The notes under the pieces were generated by a model. The model was not told the DNA's origin. It did no database searches and saw only the letters and a program-made list of their open reading frames with translations. From Eubacteriales bacterium (lineage in GTDB: Bacteria; Bacillota; Clostridia; Oscillospirales; CAG-272), in assembly GCA_045656965.1 (NCBI GenBank), contig JAZOSE010000124.1, positions 1 through 50,938 on the forward strand: a stretch of DNA of 50,938 bases, in the 5' to 3' direction. Every line of letters starts with the position of its first letter. Position 1 is the stretch's first letter. The translations under genes and the position numbers were made by a program. This document shows, piece after piece, positions 35,689 through 44,123 of this stretch.

Positions 35689-38600
35689 CGATAAAAAGTT
35701 TTTTGATTATTTTAAACAGTACAAGCCCGACAGCGACGTCAGACGGGTGCTTGAGGACGCAAGAGACTTGCGCGTTTTGGTGTCTAAGCAGCCCTTGCGC
35801 ATCGAGGTGCACGCCTTTTTCCCGTATATCGTTCGCAACTCCTTTTTGCGCGCAGTAGAAAATGAGCTGTGCCTTATGTACGACGCGGCATCCTTCCGCA
35901 TTCTTCCTAAATTTCCCGCAGAGCTTTTTTCCTTTGAGGCGATGGAAGACGTTGTTGAGGAAGCCATTTTCGTCAACGTTATCACGCGCGGCTTCTTAGA
36001 TGAGGCGGTGTATGAGGATGACGGAGAAACGGTGACTGCACGTGTGCCGTTTCTTGATAATGCCATCTCCTTTATGTCTACGTCGGGAACTTCGGATATG
36101 CTTGGCAGGATCATTGAGAGCCGTTTCGGCATAAAAAGAACGGTTCGTATCCTTCCGTCCTCCGATGCACACGAACGCACGAGGGCGCGCGAGGCTACTC
36201 ACGAGGCTGTGCTTAAAGAGGCAGATGACCGCGCACTTGCGGAGTTCCGCGAGATGATCCGTTCTAAAAAAGCGGAGAATGTCCCTGAGGACGAGCATCC
36301 CGATTTCGCGCCTCAAAAGAAGCTCTTTTCGTCGAACGAGTCTCTCTCAAAGTCCTCCGAAACGCTCTATACCATAGGCGATATGTGCTTTGACAGTACG
36401 GGAAGCGAGGTCATTTTAGGCGACGCTTTTGATCTTGATCAAGCAGTCGCTATGAATACCATTGAGTCCGCAGGCGGAACCGTTGTTGTAATGGGCGAGA
36501 TCTTCTCGGCAGAAACCAAGGAAAACTTCGACGCGACTCGCGTTACGCTTACGGTGGGATTTACCGACAGCTCCACCTCCTTCACCTTGAAGAAAAACAC
36601 GCCCAAGGAGGAATCCTCTTGGATGAAGGGCTTGAAGGAAGGAAAATGTATAGCGGTAAAGGGAACAGTCTCTATCGATAAATTTGATGGAGAATTGGTG
36701 ATCTCCCCCCGTGCCATTGTTTCCTTAAAGCGTGTGCGTCGCGGTGACCCTGCCGAAGAAAAGCGCGTGGAGCTTCACTTACATACCGTTATGTCTACGA
36801 TGGATGCTATCATTCATCCCGAGGAGGTCGTGGAGGTCGCTACCCGTTGGGGTCATAAGGCGATTGCCGTCACCGACCACGGAAACGTGCAAGCCTTTCC
36901 CGAGGTAATGCTTGCGGCAGAAAAGAAGAATCCCGACCTTAAAATTATCTACGGTATGGAGGCATACTACGTTAACGACGAGCCTCCCGCCATTCCGCGC
37001 TTGAAGGCGGATTCCTACGAGCAGACCACCGTTATTTTTGACCTTGAAACGACGGGTCTTTCCGCGAAGGCGTGTGAGATTATTGAGTTTGGCGCGGTGA
37101 AGCTTGAAAAGGGCGAGGTGGTAGACCGCTTCAGCTCCTTTGTAAAGCCCCGCTCTCCCATTTCCGAGGAAATTACTAAGCTTACCTCCATTACGAATGA
37201 AATGGTGGCAGACGCACCCTCTATCGAGGAAGCGCTCCCTCGCTTTATGGAATTTATCGGTGATGCGCTTTTGATCGCTCATAACGCAAACTTTGACACG
37301 GGCTTCGTACGCGCGGCGGCGGAAAGGCAGGGAATTTCCTTTGAAAATCCTTATCTTGATACTGTCGTTATTTCCCGTTACGTCAATCCCTCTCTTAAAA
37401 ATCATAAGCTTGACACTATAGCCAACGACTACGGCTTCGGTGATTTTAACCATCACCGCGCGGTCGACGATGCCGAGGTGCTTGCGAAGATCTACGCCGA
37501 AATGCTGGCGCGTCTCTCCCGTGAGGGCGTGCGCGATTATAAGGGACTTTCGGAGGCGCTCAATACCCATTCCGACCCTTTAACGCTTAGACCCTACCAT
37601 ATGATCATTTTGGCGAAAAACCAAACGGGTCTAAAAAATCTATATGAGCTGATCTCTGACAGCTACTTGAAGTATTATAGGCGTAGCCCCCGCATTCCCA
37701 GAACGGAGATCGAAAAGCATCGTGAGGGTCTTATCATCGGCTCTGCTTGCGAGGCGGGCGAGCTTTATCGCGCTATTCTTGATAACCGCTCCGATGAGGA
37801 TCTTGAAAAGATTGCCTCCTTCTACGACTATCTGGAAATTCAGCCTCTTTGCAATAATATGTTCTTGATCGGCGGAAAAGAGGAGATCAAGTCCGTAGAG
37901 CAACTGATGGATATCAATCGCAAGATCATCGCTATCGGCAAAAAGCTCGGCAAGCCTACGGTTGCTACCTGTGACGCTCACTTCCTTGAAAAGAGCGACG
38001 AGGTGTACAGAAAGATCCTTCTTGCCGGTATGAAATTTGCCGACGCCGATAAGGATACTGGCATTTACTTAAAGAACACCGAGGAAATGCTTGCGGAGTT
38101 TGCCTATCTTGGCGAGGACCTCGCGCATGAGGTGGTCATTGAAAACCCGAACAAGATCGCGGATATGGTTGAAAAGCTCCGTCCGATCCCTAAGGGCACC
38201 TATACTCCGTCCATCCCCGGCTCCGAGGAGGAGCTTCAGCGGCTTTGCTGGGAGCGTGCTATGGATTGGTACGGCTTTGAAGGGAAGATTCCCGACATCG
38301 TAACCAACCGACTGAATAAGGAGCTTGACTCCATTATCAAGCACGGCTTCGCTGTTCTTTATATGATCGCGCAAAAGCTGGTTGCCTTTAGCGAAAAGCA
38401 GGGCTATCTCGTTGGCTCTCGCGGCTCGGTCGGTTCCTCATTCGTTGCTATTATGTCGGGTATCTCCGAGGTAAATCCCTTGCCTCCGCATTACCGATGC
38501 ACCAAATGCCGTTATAACGAGTTTATTACCGACGGTTCCTTCGGCTCGGGCTTTGACCTTCCCGACAAGGCTTGTCCCCACTGTGGCACGATGATGTATT

Positions 38601-40078
38601 CCGACGGTCAGGATATCCCCTTTGAGACCTTCCTTGGCTTCCACGGCGACAAATCTCCCGATATCGACTTAAACTTCTCGGGTGACGTTCAGGGCCGTGT
38701 CCACAAATATACCGAGGACCTTTTCGGAGAGGGGCACGTTTTCCGCGCGGGAACACTCGGTACGCTTGCCTCCAAAACCGCCTTCGGCTTCGTTAAGAAG
38801 TACGTGGAGGAGAGAAAGATCAAGCTTCCCAAGGCGGAGGAATCGCATATCATCAGCCGTTGCGTGGGCGTAAAGCGCACCACGGGACAGCACCCCGGTG
38901 GTATTATCGTTGTACCCAGAGAATATGACGTTCACGACTTTACACCCGTACAGCACCCTGCTGACAAGGAAAGCTCCAGCGTTATCACCACGCATTTCCC
39001 GTTTGAGTTTTTGCACGATACCATCTTAAAGCTCGACGAGCTTGGACACGATATTCCGACCAAGTATAAGATGCTTGAGGAATACACGAACACCAGTGTT
39101 CTCGACGTTAAGATGAATGACGAGGCGGTCTATAAGCTCTTTGAGTCTACCGCACCCTTAAAGGTAACTCCCGAGGAAATCGGTGCACCGCTTGGCACCT
39201 ATGGGCTTCCTGAGTTTGGAACGCGCTTCGTTTTAAAGATGCTTGAGGAGGCGAAGCCTCGCACCTTTGCCGACCTTTTGCAGATATCGGGTCTTTCTCA
39301 CGGTACGGACGTTTGGACGAACAACGCTCAGGACCTTATCAACGATGGGATTTGTGACATTTCCCACGTTATCGGGTGCCGAGATAACATCATGAACGAC
39401 CTGATCCGTTACGGCCTTGAAAACGCTCTTGCCTTTAAGATTATGGAATCGGTGCGAAAGGGAAAGGGCTTAACTCCCGAGTGGGAGGAGGAGATGCATA
39501 AGCATGAGGTGCCCGACTGGTACATCGGCTCTTGCAAAAAGATCAAATACATGTTCCCGAAGGCACACGCGGCGGCTTACGTTATGTCCGCTATTCGCCT
39601 TGGCTGGTACAAAATTTATTACCCGATGGAGTTTTATGCCGCATTCCTCTCGGTCGCGCCCGGTGGCTTTGATGCCGAGATCGTTATGGGCGGAATAGAA
39701 TCCATCAATCGCACCTTTAAGGAAATCGAGGATAAGGGAAACGAAGCAACGCAAAAGGATAAGGAGCAGGTAACGACGCTTCTTCTCGTGCGTGAATGCT
39801 TGGCGCGCGGTATCCGCTTCTTGCCTGTTGACCTCTATCATTCCGACACGAAAAGGTTTTTGCCTGAGGACGGTAAGATCCGTATGCCCTTCAGCTCGCT
39901 TGCGGGACTTGGAGAGGCAGCAGCGGAAAGCATCGTTGCCGCGCGCAATGAGGGCGAGATCTTTTCCATTGAGGACTTAAAGGAGCGTGCGGGGCTGAGT
40001 AAATCGGTTATAGAGCTTCTTCGCTCTTGCGGTGCCTTGAAGGGGCTTTCCGAAACCAATCAGCTTACCTTCTTTTAA
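35681..40078 (+). CDS. polC: DNA polymerase III PolC-type (Gram-positive replicative polymerase with internal 3'-5' exonuclease)
   Basis: 1465 aa with PHP domain motifs (ELHLHT, VTDHG). The exonuclease domain is DLETTGL...HNANFD...HRAVDDA. There is a Zn-finger CTKCRY...CPHCG. The 8-nt start overlaps the ispG stop. Confidence 0.97.
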   Translation: MANDKKFFDYFKQYKPDSDVRRVLEDARDLRVLVSKQPLRIEVHAFFPYIVRNSFLRAVENELCLMYDAASFRILPKFPAELFSFEAMEDVVEEAIFVNVITRGFLDEAVYEDDGETVTARVPFLDNAISFMSTSGTSDMLGRIIESRFGIKRTVRILPSSDAHERTRAREATHEAVLKEADDRALAEFREMIRSKKAENVPEDEHPDFAPQKKLFSSNESLSKSSETLYTIGDMCFDSTGSEVILGDAFDLDQAVAMNTIESAGGTVVVMGEIFSAETKENFDATRVTLTVGFTDSSTSFTLKKNTPKEESSWMKGLKEGKCIAVKGTVSIDKFDGELVISPRAIVSLKRVRRGDPAEEKRVELHLHTVMSTMDAIIHPEEVVEVATRWGHKAIAVTDHGNVQAFPEVMLAAEKKNPDLKIIYGMEAYYVNDEPPAIPRLKADSYEQTTVIFDLETTGLSAKACEIIEFGAVKLEKGEVVDRFSSFVKPRSPISEEITKLTSITNEMVADAPSIEEALPRFMEFIGDALLIAHNANFDTGFVRAAAERQGISFENPYLDTVVISRYVNPSLKNHKLDTIANDYGFGDFNHHRAVDDAEVLAKIYAEMLARLSREGVRDYKGLSEALNTHSDPLTLRPYHMIILAKNQTGLKNLYELISDSYLKYYRRSPRIPRTEIEKHREGLIIGSACEAGELYRAILDNRSDEDLEKIASFYDYLEIQPLCNNMFLIGGKEEIKSVEQLMDINRKIIAIGKKLGKPTVATCDAHFLEKSDEVYRKILLAGMKFADADKDTGIYLKNTEEMLAEFAYLGEDLAHEVVIENPNKIADMVEKLRPIPKGTYTPSIPGSEEELQRLCWERAMDWYGFEGKIPDIVTNRLNKELDSIIKHGFAVLYMIAQKLVAFSEKQGYLVGSRGSVGSSFVAIMSGISEVNPLPPHYRCTKCRYNEFITDGSFGSGFDLPDKACPHCGTMMYSDGQDIPFETFLGFHGDKSPDIDLNFSGDVQGRVHKYTEDLFGEGHVFRAGTLGTLASKTAFGFVKKYVEERKIKLPKAEESHIISRCVGVKRTTGQHPGGIIVVPREYDVHDFTPVQHPADKESSSVITTHFPFEFLHDTILKLDELGHDIPTKYKMLEEYTNTSVLDVKMNDEAVYKLFESTAPLKVTPEEIGAPLGTYGLPEFGTRFVLKMLEEAKPRTFADLLQISGLSHGTDVWTNNAQDLINDGICDISHVIGCRDNIMNDLIRYGLENALAFKIMESVRKGKGLTPEWEEEMHKHEVPDWYIGSCKKIKYMFPKAHAAAYVMSAIRLGWYKIYYPMEFYAAFLSVAPGGFDAEIVMGGIESINRTFKEIEDKGNEATQKDKEQVTTLLLVRECLARGIRFLPVDLYHSDTKRFLPEDGKIRMPFSSLAGLGEAAAESIVAARNEGEIFSIEDLKERAGLSKSVIELLRSCGALKGLSETNQLTFF

Positions 40079-40082
40079 AAAA

Positions 40083-40103
40083 GGATGCCGCGAAGCGGCA
40101 TCC
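40083..40103. terminator. shared convergent terminator (polC / small-protein operon)
   Basis: 9-bp stem GGATGCCGC-GAA-GCGGCATCC. The A6 run on the plus side becomes a T6 run for the minus-strand operon; there is no T-run on the polC side. Confidence 0.7.
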
Positions 40104-40112
40104 CCATATGTA

Positions 40113-40433
40113 TCAAAGCAGCATTAAGAAAATCAAGATTCCCGGTAGGTCGTCACACTCGCCGTTCCCCATAAGGAGAAAGGCGAGTAGAAGCAAAAGC
40201 ATGTCGGAGGAAAGAAATTTGCCGTTAAAGAACGGCAGAAGTGCGTTTGCGTCCTTCTTGCATTTGCATTTTTCCTCTGTGCATACCGCGCAACGCTCTT
40301 CCGGCTCAGTCGCACGATCGCACGGAGGCTCTTCCTCGATCTCTTTTTCCGCGAATGCGTTTCCCGCGTAATTTTCGGGAATGCGGATCACACCTTTTTC
40401 TTCTTGCAGCGGAGAATATCTTCTGGCGTACAT
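40113..40433 (-). CDS. small uncharacterised Cys-rich protein with hydrophobic C-terminal tail (P3)
   Basis: 106 aa. The ATG overlaps the upstream stop (TGATG). Acidic core with C-x9-C-x2-C-x4-C-x-C, then MLLLLLAFLLMGNGECDDLPGILIFLMLL. Confidence 0.6.
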   Translation of the reverse strand: MYARRYSPLQEEKGVIRIPENYAGNAFAEKEIEEEPPCDRATEPEERCAVCTEEKCKCKKDANALLPFFNGKFLSSDMLLLLLAFLLMGNGECDDLPGILIFLMLL

Positions 40434-40780
40434 CAGATTTTTTTCTCCGTTTGTAAAAGCGATAGAGTGTCCGTGATGAGTATGATGCGGTCAATTGCCT
40501 CGCATCTTTCTTTGGAAAGAAAAGGCTTGAGTGCTAAAAGAAGCCGCCTTCTTTCCTCGCGGATGCCATCCTTTTTGCACCGTTTTTCAGGCAAAAGCAC
40601 CTCACACTTGCATTCGCAGTCGCTCTCCTCTCTTTTTTCGCAGTGCTCCTCTTTTTGAGGCGGCTTTGCTGCTCCCCCTAAGAGCGAAGAGAGCATAGAG
40701 AGTGCCTCCGGGTTTGCCATAACCTTCGAGAGCATTCCCGAAAGGTCGGGAAGCGGCGTACTCTTTGCGTCGTTTTCCAA
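40433..40780 (-). CDS. small uncharacterised Cys-rich protein (P2)
   Basis: 115 aa. TTG start 8 nt after a GGGGGA SD and 4 nt after the P1 stop. Core C-x7-C-x-C-x-C-x8-C, followed by RRRLLLALKPFLSKERCEAIDRI. Confidence 0.55.
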   Translation of the reverse strand: MENDAKSTPLPDLSGMLSKVMANPEALSMLSSLLGGAAKPPQKEEHCEKREESDCECKCEVLLPEKRCKKDGIREERRRLLLALKPFLSKERCEAIDRIILITDTLSLLQTEKKI

Positions 40781-40784
40781 GAGA

Positions 40785-41006
40785 TCATCCCCCTTTTTTG
40801 TAGCGCTCTAAGGTCTTTAAGGCATCCTCGTAGCTGGTGCTTTCTGCGCTCGCGAGAAGTGTGCGAAGCTTTGCCATTTCATTGCTTGGCGGCGCGGCAG
40901 AGGGAAGTGAAATGCCGTTCATGCTTGCTATTCTCGAGATGGTTTGCCAAAGCCTTTCGTCAGACTGCGCGAGTAGCCTTTCTAATGCGCTTGCGTCAAA
41001 ATTCAT
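40785..41006 (-). CDS. small uncharacterised helical protein (P1)
   Basis: The ATG at 41006 with a GAGG SD 8 nt upstream gives 73 aa. The longer 123-aa ORF extension looks non-coding. Confidence 0.55.
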   Translation of the reverse strand: MNFDASALERLLAQSDERLWQTISRIASMNGISLPSAAPPSNEMAKLRTLLASAESTSYEDALKTLERYKKGG

Positions 41007-41077
41007 AAGTAACACCTCGTTTCTTCGGTTTGTATCAGTATATGCCGAGGGCGGTATCGGTGTTAGAAAGAAAAAGC

Positions 41078-41560
41078 ATGGAAATTTTAATCGTATCGGA
41101 TTCTCACGGAAGAAAAGACAATATAAGAAAGCTGCTTCTTGCGCACCCGAAGACAAAGTATCTCTTCTTTCTTGGGGATGGGCTTGGTGACGTTGGGGCA
41201 GCCGTTGCTGAATTTCCCAATGTGATCGCCGTTGCTGTGCGCGGCAACTGCGACTGGCTCTCCGACGTTCCCGAGGAGCGCTATTTCGTCATAGAGGGTG
41301 TTCGCGTTCTGATGATGCACGGACACTCGCACGGCGTCAAGGGAGGCATCGGGGCGGCGCTTTCTTATGCCAAAGCTAAGGAAACGCATATTCTTCTTTA
41401 CGGACACACGCACATTCCGCACAACGAGTACGTTTCCGATGCCAAGGTAACGCTATTTAATCCCGGAAGCATTGCCGAACGCTCAAGCGATGGGTACTCC
41501 TACGGCGTTCTTGAAATCAAAGCGGGAGAGTATCTTCTTTCCCACGGAACTATCAAATAA
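41078..41560 (+). CDS. YfcE/MJ0936 family metallophosphoesterase
   Basis: The ATG at 41078 gives 160 aa. Motifs SDSHG, GDG, GNCD, HGH and GHTH. Confidence 0.88.
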   Translation: MEILIVSDSHGRKDNIRKLLLAHPKTKYLFFLGDGLGDVGAAVAEFPNVIAVAVRGNCDWLSDVPEERYFVIEGVRVLMMHGHSHGVKGGIGAALSYAKAKETHILLYGHTHIPHNEYVSDAKVTLFNPGSIAERSSDGYSYGVLEIKAGEYLLSHGTIK

Positions 41561-41581
41561 AGACAGAAATGAGGAAAAGCT

Positions 41582-43540
41582 ATGGGACCTCGCTCCTTTA
41601 TGCCCCCACCCTTTAAGGAGGCTCCGAAAAGTCAAAGACCGAAGAGGCTTCGGGATCTGCCGAAGTATTTTTGCAAAAATATCGCCTCCTTCTTCTCGCA
41701 CCTTTTTTATATCATTCGGCTTGTGTGGGAGGCAAATCCGTTTATTTTGCTTCTGATGATGCTTTTCTGTCTTGTGGACGGCGTTTTGCCCGTGGTGGGT
41801 GCGCTGATCTCCAAGGAGCTTTTAAACGAGATCTCGGTGCTTCTGGGCGCAGAAAGCACGCTTGCGGCAATCGCGGCGGGAGAAGCGGCTATCACTGACC
41901 TTAGTGCCTTCTTTGCGCTTTCCGTTTTTGCGCTTTTATGTATGTATTTTGCTTATCAGCTTGTCAGCCGCATTGTTACGAGGTTTTCCAACATCGTCAA
42001 CAACTTAGCGGGCGAGCTGGTTTGCAATCATATTAAAATCAAGATCGTAGAAAAGGCAAAAACGCTTGACGTTTCCAGCTTTGACCGCCCCGAGTTCTAC
42101 GAAAAGCTTGAAAACGCCAATAGGGAAGCGGGAATGCGCCCTATCGGCATTCTTCGCTCCACCTTTAACGTTTTGAGTACACTTATCAGTATTGTCAGCT
42201 TTGCCGTCATATTGATCGCCCTTCATCCGCTCGCTCCCGTGGTCATCGCCGTTATGGCGCTTCCCGGAGCGATCATCAACTACGTATACCGTAATAAGCA
42301 GTTCCGTTATATTCGTCACCGCTCCAAGGAAAGAAGGCAGATGGAGTATTTTTCGGGGCTGGTCGTCAATAAGGATATGGTCAAGGAGGTCCGTATTATG
42401 GGCCTTGCTGACACCTTTATTGATAAATATAAGCAGGTCTTTAAAAAATATTTTGCGGGCATCCGTAAGATCATTATCGGGGAAGGACTTTGGCAGATCG
42501 CCTTTGCGCTCGTTTCTCTTGTCGCTCACCTTTTCCTTTTCGGCTTTATAATTATCCACGTCGTTAACGGCGGTGGCAAGATCGGTGATTATTCACTCTA
42601 TACTGGCGCATTAAACTCTATCTCTACCGCGGTCACCACGCTCGTTGCGGCAACGGCGACCATCTACGAGGGCACACTCTTTATTGATAATATGATGGTC
42701 TTTATGAAGGAGAAGCCCACGGTTGTGCCGTCGCTTAGCGAGCCGATCAAGCCCGAAAGGCACGTGCCGCATACGATCGAGTTTAAAAACGTTTCCTTCC
42801 GTTATCCCGGCTCTGAGAGAAACGTGATCAAAAACGTTTCCTTTAAGATTTCGGCGGGCGAAAACGTCGTGCTTGTCGGACTCAACGGCGCGGGAAAAAC
42901 CACGCTTATTAAGCTTTTGACCCGTCTTTACGACCCCAGCGAGGGTGAAATACTCTTAGACGGACACAGCTTAAAGGAATACGACGTTCGCGCCCTTTAC
43001 GATATCTTCGGTATCATCTTCCAGGATTTCGGAAAATATGCCGTTTCCATCTCCGAAAACATCGCCTATGGAGATATTTCAAAAGGGGTAAACGAGGAAG
43101 CTGTGCTGGAAGCGGCAAAGCGGGGAAACGCGGCGGAGTTTATCGAAAAGCTCCCCTCGGCATATGAAACGCCCTTGATGCGCTTCTTTGAGGAAAACGG
43201 ACTGGAGCTTTCCATCGGTCAGTGGCAGAAGCTTTCTATCGCGCGCGCCTTTTATAAGGATTCCGATATTTTGATTTTGGATGAGCCCACCGCCTCGCTT
43301 GACCCGCTTGCGGAGCAAGAGGTGTTTAATCAATTCGCAAGCCTCGGCGACAATAAGATCTCCGTTTTCGTTTCTCACCGTCTTTCAAGTGCTACCGTCG
43401 CAGATAAGATCGTCGTTCTTCGTGGCGGCGAGATCGCTGAGATCGGTAACCACAAGGAGTTAATGGAGAAAAAGGGAGAATACTTTAAGCTTTTTAGCAC
43501 CCAGGCAAAGCATTACAGAGAAGAAAAAACGGCAGATTAA
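41582..43540 (+). CDS. fused ABC exporter (transmembrane domain + ATPase)
   Basis: 652 aa. N-terminal 6-TM domain, Walker A GLNGAGKTT, signature LSIGQWQKLSIARA, Walker B ILILDEPTASLD. Confidence 0.92.
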   Translation: MGPRSFMPPPFKEAPKSQRPKRLRDLPKYFCKNIASFFSHLFYIIRLVWEANPFILLLMMLFCLVDGVLPVVGALISKELLNEISVLLGAESTLAAIAAGEAAITDLSAFFALSVFALLCMYFAYQLVSRIVTRFSNIVNNLAGELVCNHIKIKIVEKAKTLDVSSFDRPEFYEKLENANREAGMRPIGILRSTFNVLSTLISIVSFAVILIALHPLAPVVIAVMALPGAIINYVYRNKQFRYIRHRSKERRQMEYFSGLVVNKDMVKEVRIMGLADTFIDKYKQVFKKYFAGIRKIIIGEGLWQIAFALVSLVAHLFLFGFIIIHVVNGGGKIGDYSLYTGALNSISTAVTTLVAATATIYEGTLFIDNMMVFMKEKPTVVPSLSEPIKPERHVPHTIEFKNVSFRYPGSERNVIKNVSFKISAGENVVLVGLNGAGKTTLIKLLTRLYDPSEGEILLDGHSLKEYDVRALYDIFGIIFQDFGKYAVSISENIAYGDISKGVNEEAVLEAAKRGNAAEFIEKLPSAYETPLMRFFEENGLELSIGQWQKLSIARAFYKDSDILILDEPTASLDPLAEQEVFNQFASLGDNKISVFVSHRLSSATVADKIVVLRGGEIAEIGNHKELMEKKGEYFKLFSTQAKHYREEKTAD

Positions 43541-43597
43541 CCTTCTGCCGCATAAATATAGGAAGCTCGCATATAGATAATATGAAAGGAGCTTCCT

Positions 43598-44086
43598 ATG
43601 AAAAAAGAAACAAAGCACAAAATCAAGGTTTTTCTCGTCGCTATTCTGATTCCCCTTTTGGTCGGCGGCGCATCTGCGCTTTTAACGCGCGGAAATATGA
43701 ATATTTACGAGACGGTAAACACGCCTCCCCTTTCGCCTCCGTCGATACTCTTCCCAATCGTTTGGTCTATTCTATACGTTTTGATGGGCATTAGCTCTGC
43801 GTTGGTATATCTTCACCGCGAAAACGACCTTGAGAGTGCCTCGCGCTCTCTCGCCTTTTACGGTGCCAGTCTTTTTGTCAATTTTCTTTGGAGCATTATC
43901 TTCTTCAATATGCAAAAATTTCTTTTTGCGTTCGTCTGGCTCTTGCTCCTTTTGTATCTCATCATAAAAACGGTAATCTTTTATAAAAGGGTTTATCCCA
44001 CGGCGGCATATTTGCAAATTCCTTATATCCTGTGGGTGTCCTTCGCGGGGTATTTGAACCTTGCCATCTACCTTTTAAACAAATAA
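43598..44086 (+). CDS. tspO: TspO/MBR family tryptophan-rich sensory protein
   Basis: 162 aa with 5 TM segments. The PPLSPPSILFPIVWSILYVLMG and W/Y-rich helices are typical of TspO. Confidence 0.88.
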   Translation: MKKETKHKIKVFLVAILIPLLVGGASALLTRGNMNIYETVNTPPLSPPSILFPIVWSILYVLMGISSALVYLHRENDLESASRSLAFYGASLFVNFLWSIIFFNMQKFLFAFVWLLLLLYLIIKTVIFYKRVYPTAAYLQIPYILWVSFAGYLNLAIYLLNK

Positions 44087-44087
44087 G

Positions 44088-44117
44088 AAAAGCAGAGCAT
44101 TCGCTCTGCTTTTCTTT
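44088..44117. terminator. bidirectional intrinsic terminator (tspO / glycosidase)
   Basis: AAAAGCAGAGC-ATTC-GCTCTGCTTTT hairpin with A/T-run flanks. Confidence 0.8.
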
Positions 44118-44123
44118 GTAAAA

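Noticed and set aside
27880-37570. Other long antisense ORFs: 27880-28488 (202 aa), 29468-30082 (204 aa), 31865-32590 (241 aa), 36779-37570 (263 aa), and also 13469-14128 (219 aa) and 1963-2505 (180 aa) elsewhere
   Set aside because: Each is fully embedded opposite a well-supported housekeeping CDS (ispF, pyrH, cdsA/dxr, polC, MFS, orf298). Each has an R/K/G-rich junk-like composition and lacks translation signals. I treat them as shadow ORFs.
44075-44123. Apparent 12-nt overlap of the 627-aa glycosidase ORF with the tspO 3' end
   Set aside because: It is an artefact of the frameshifted reading frame running through the terminator. The restored frame stops at 44124.
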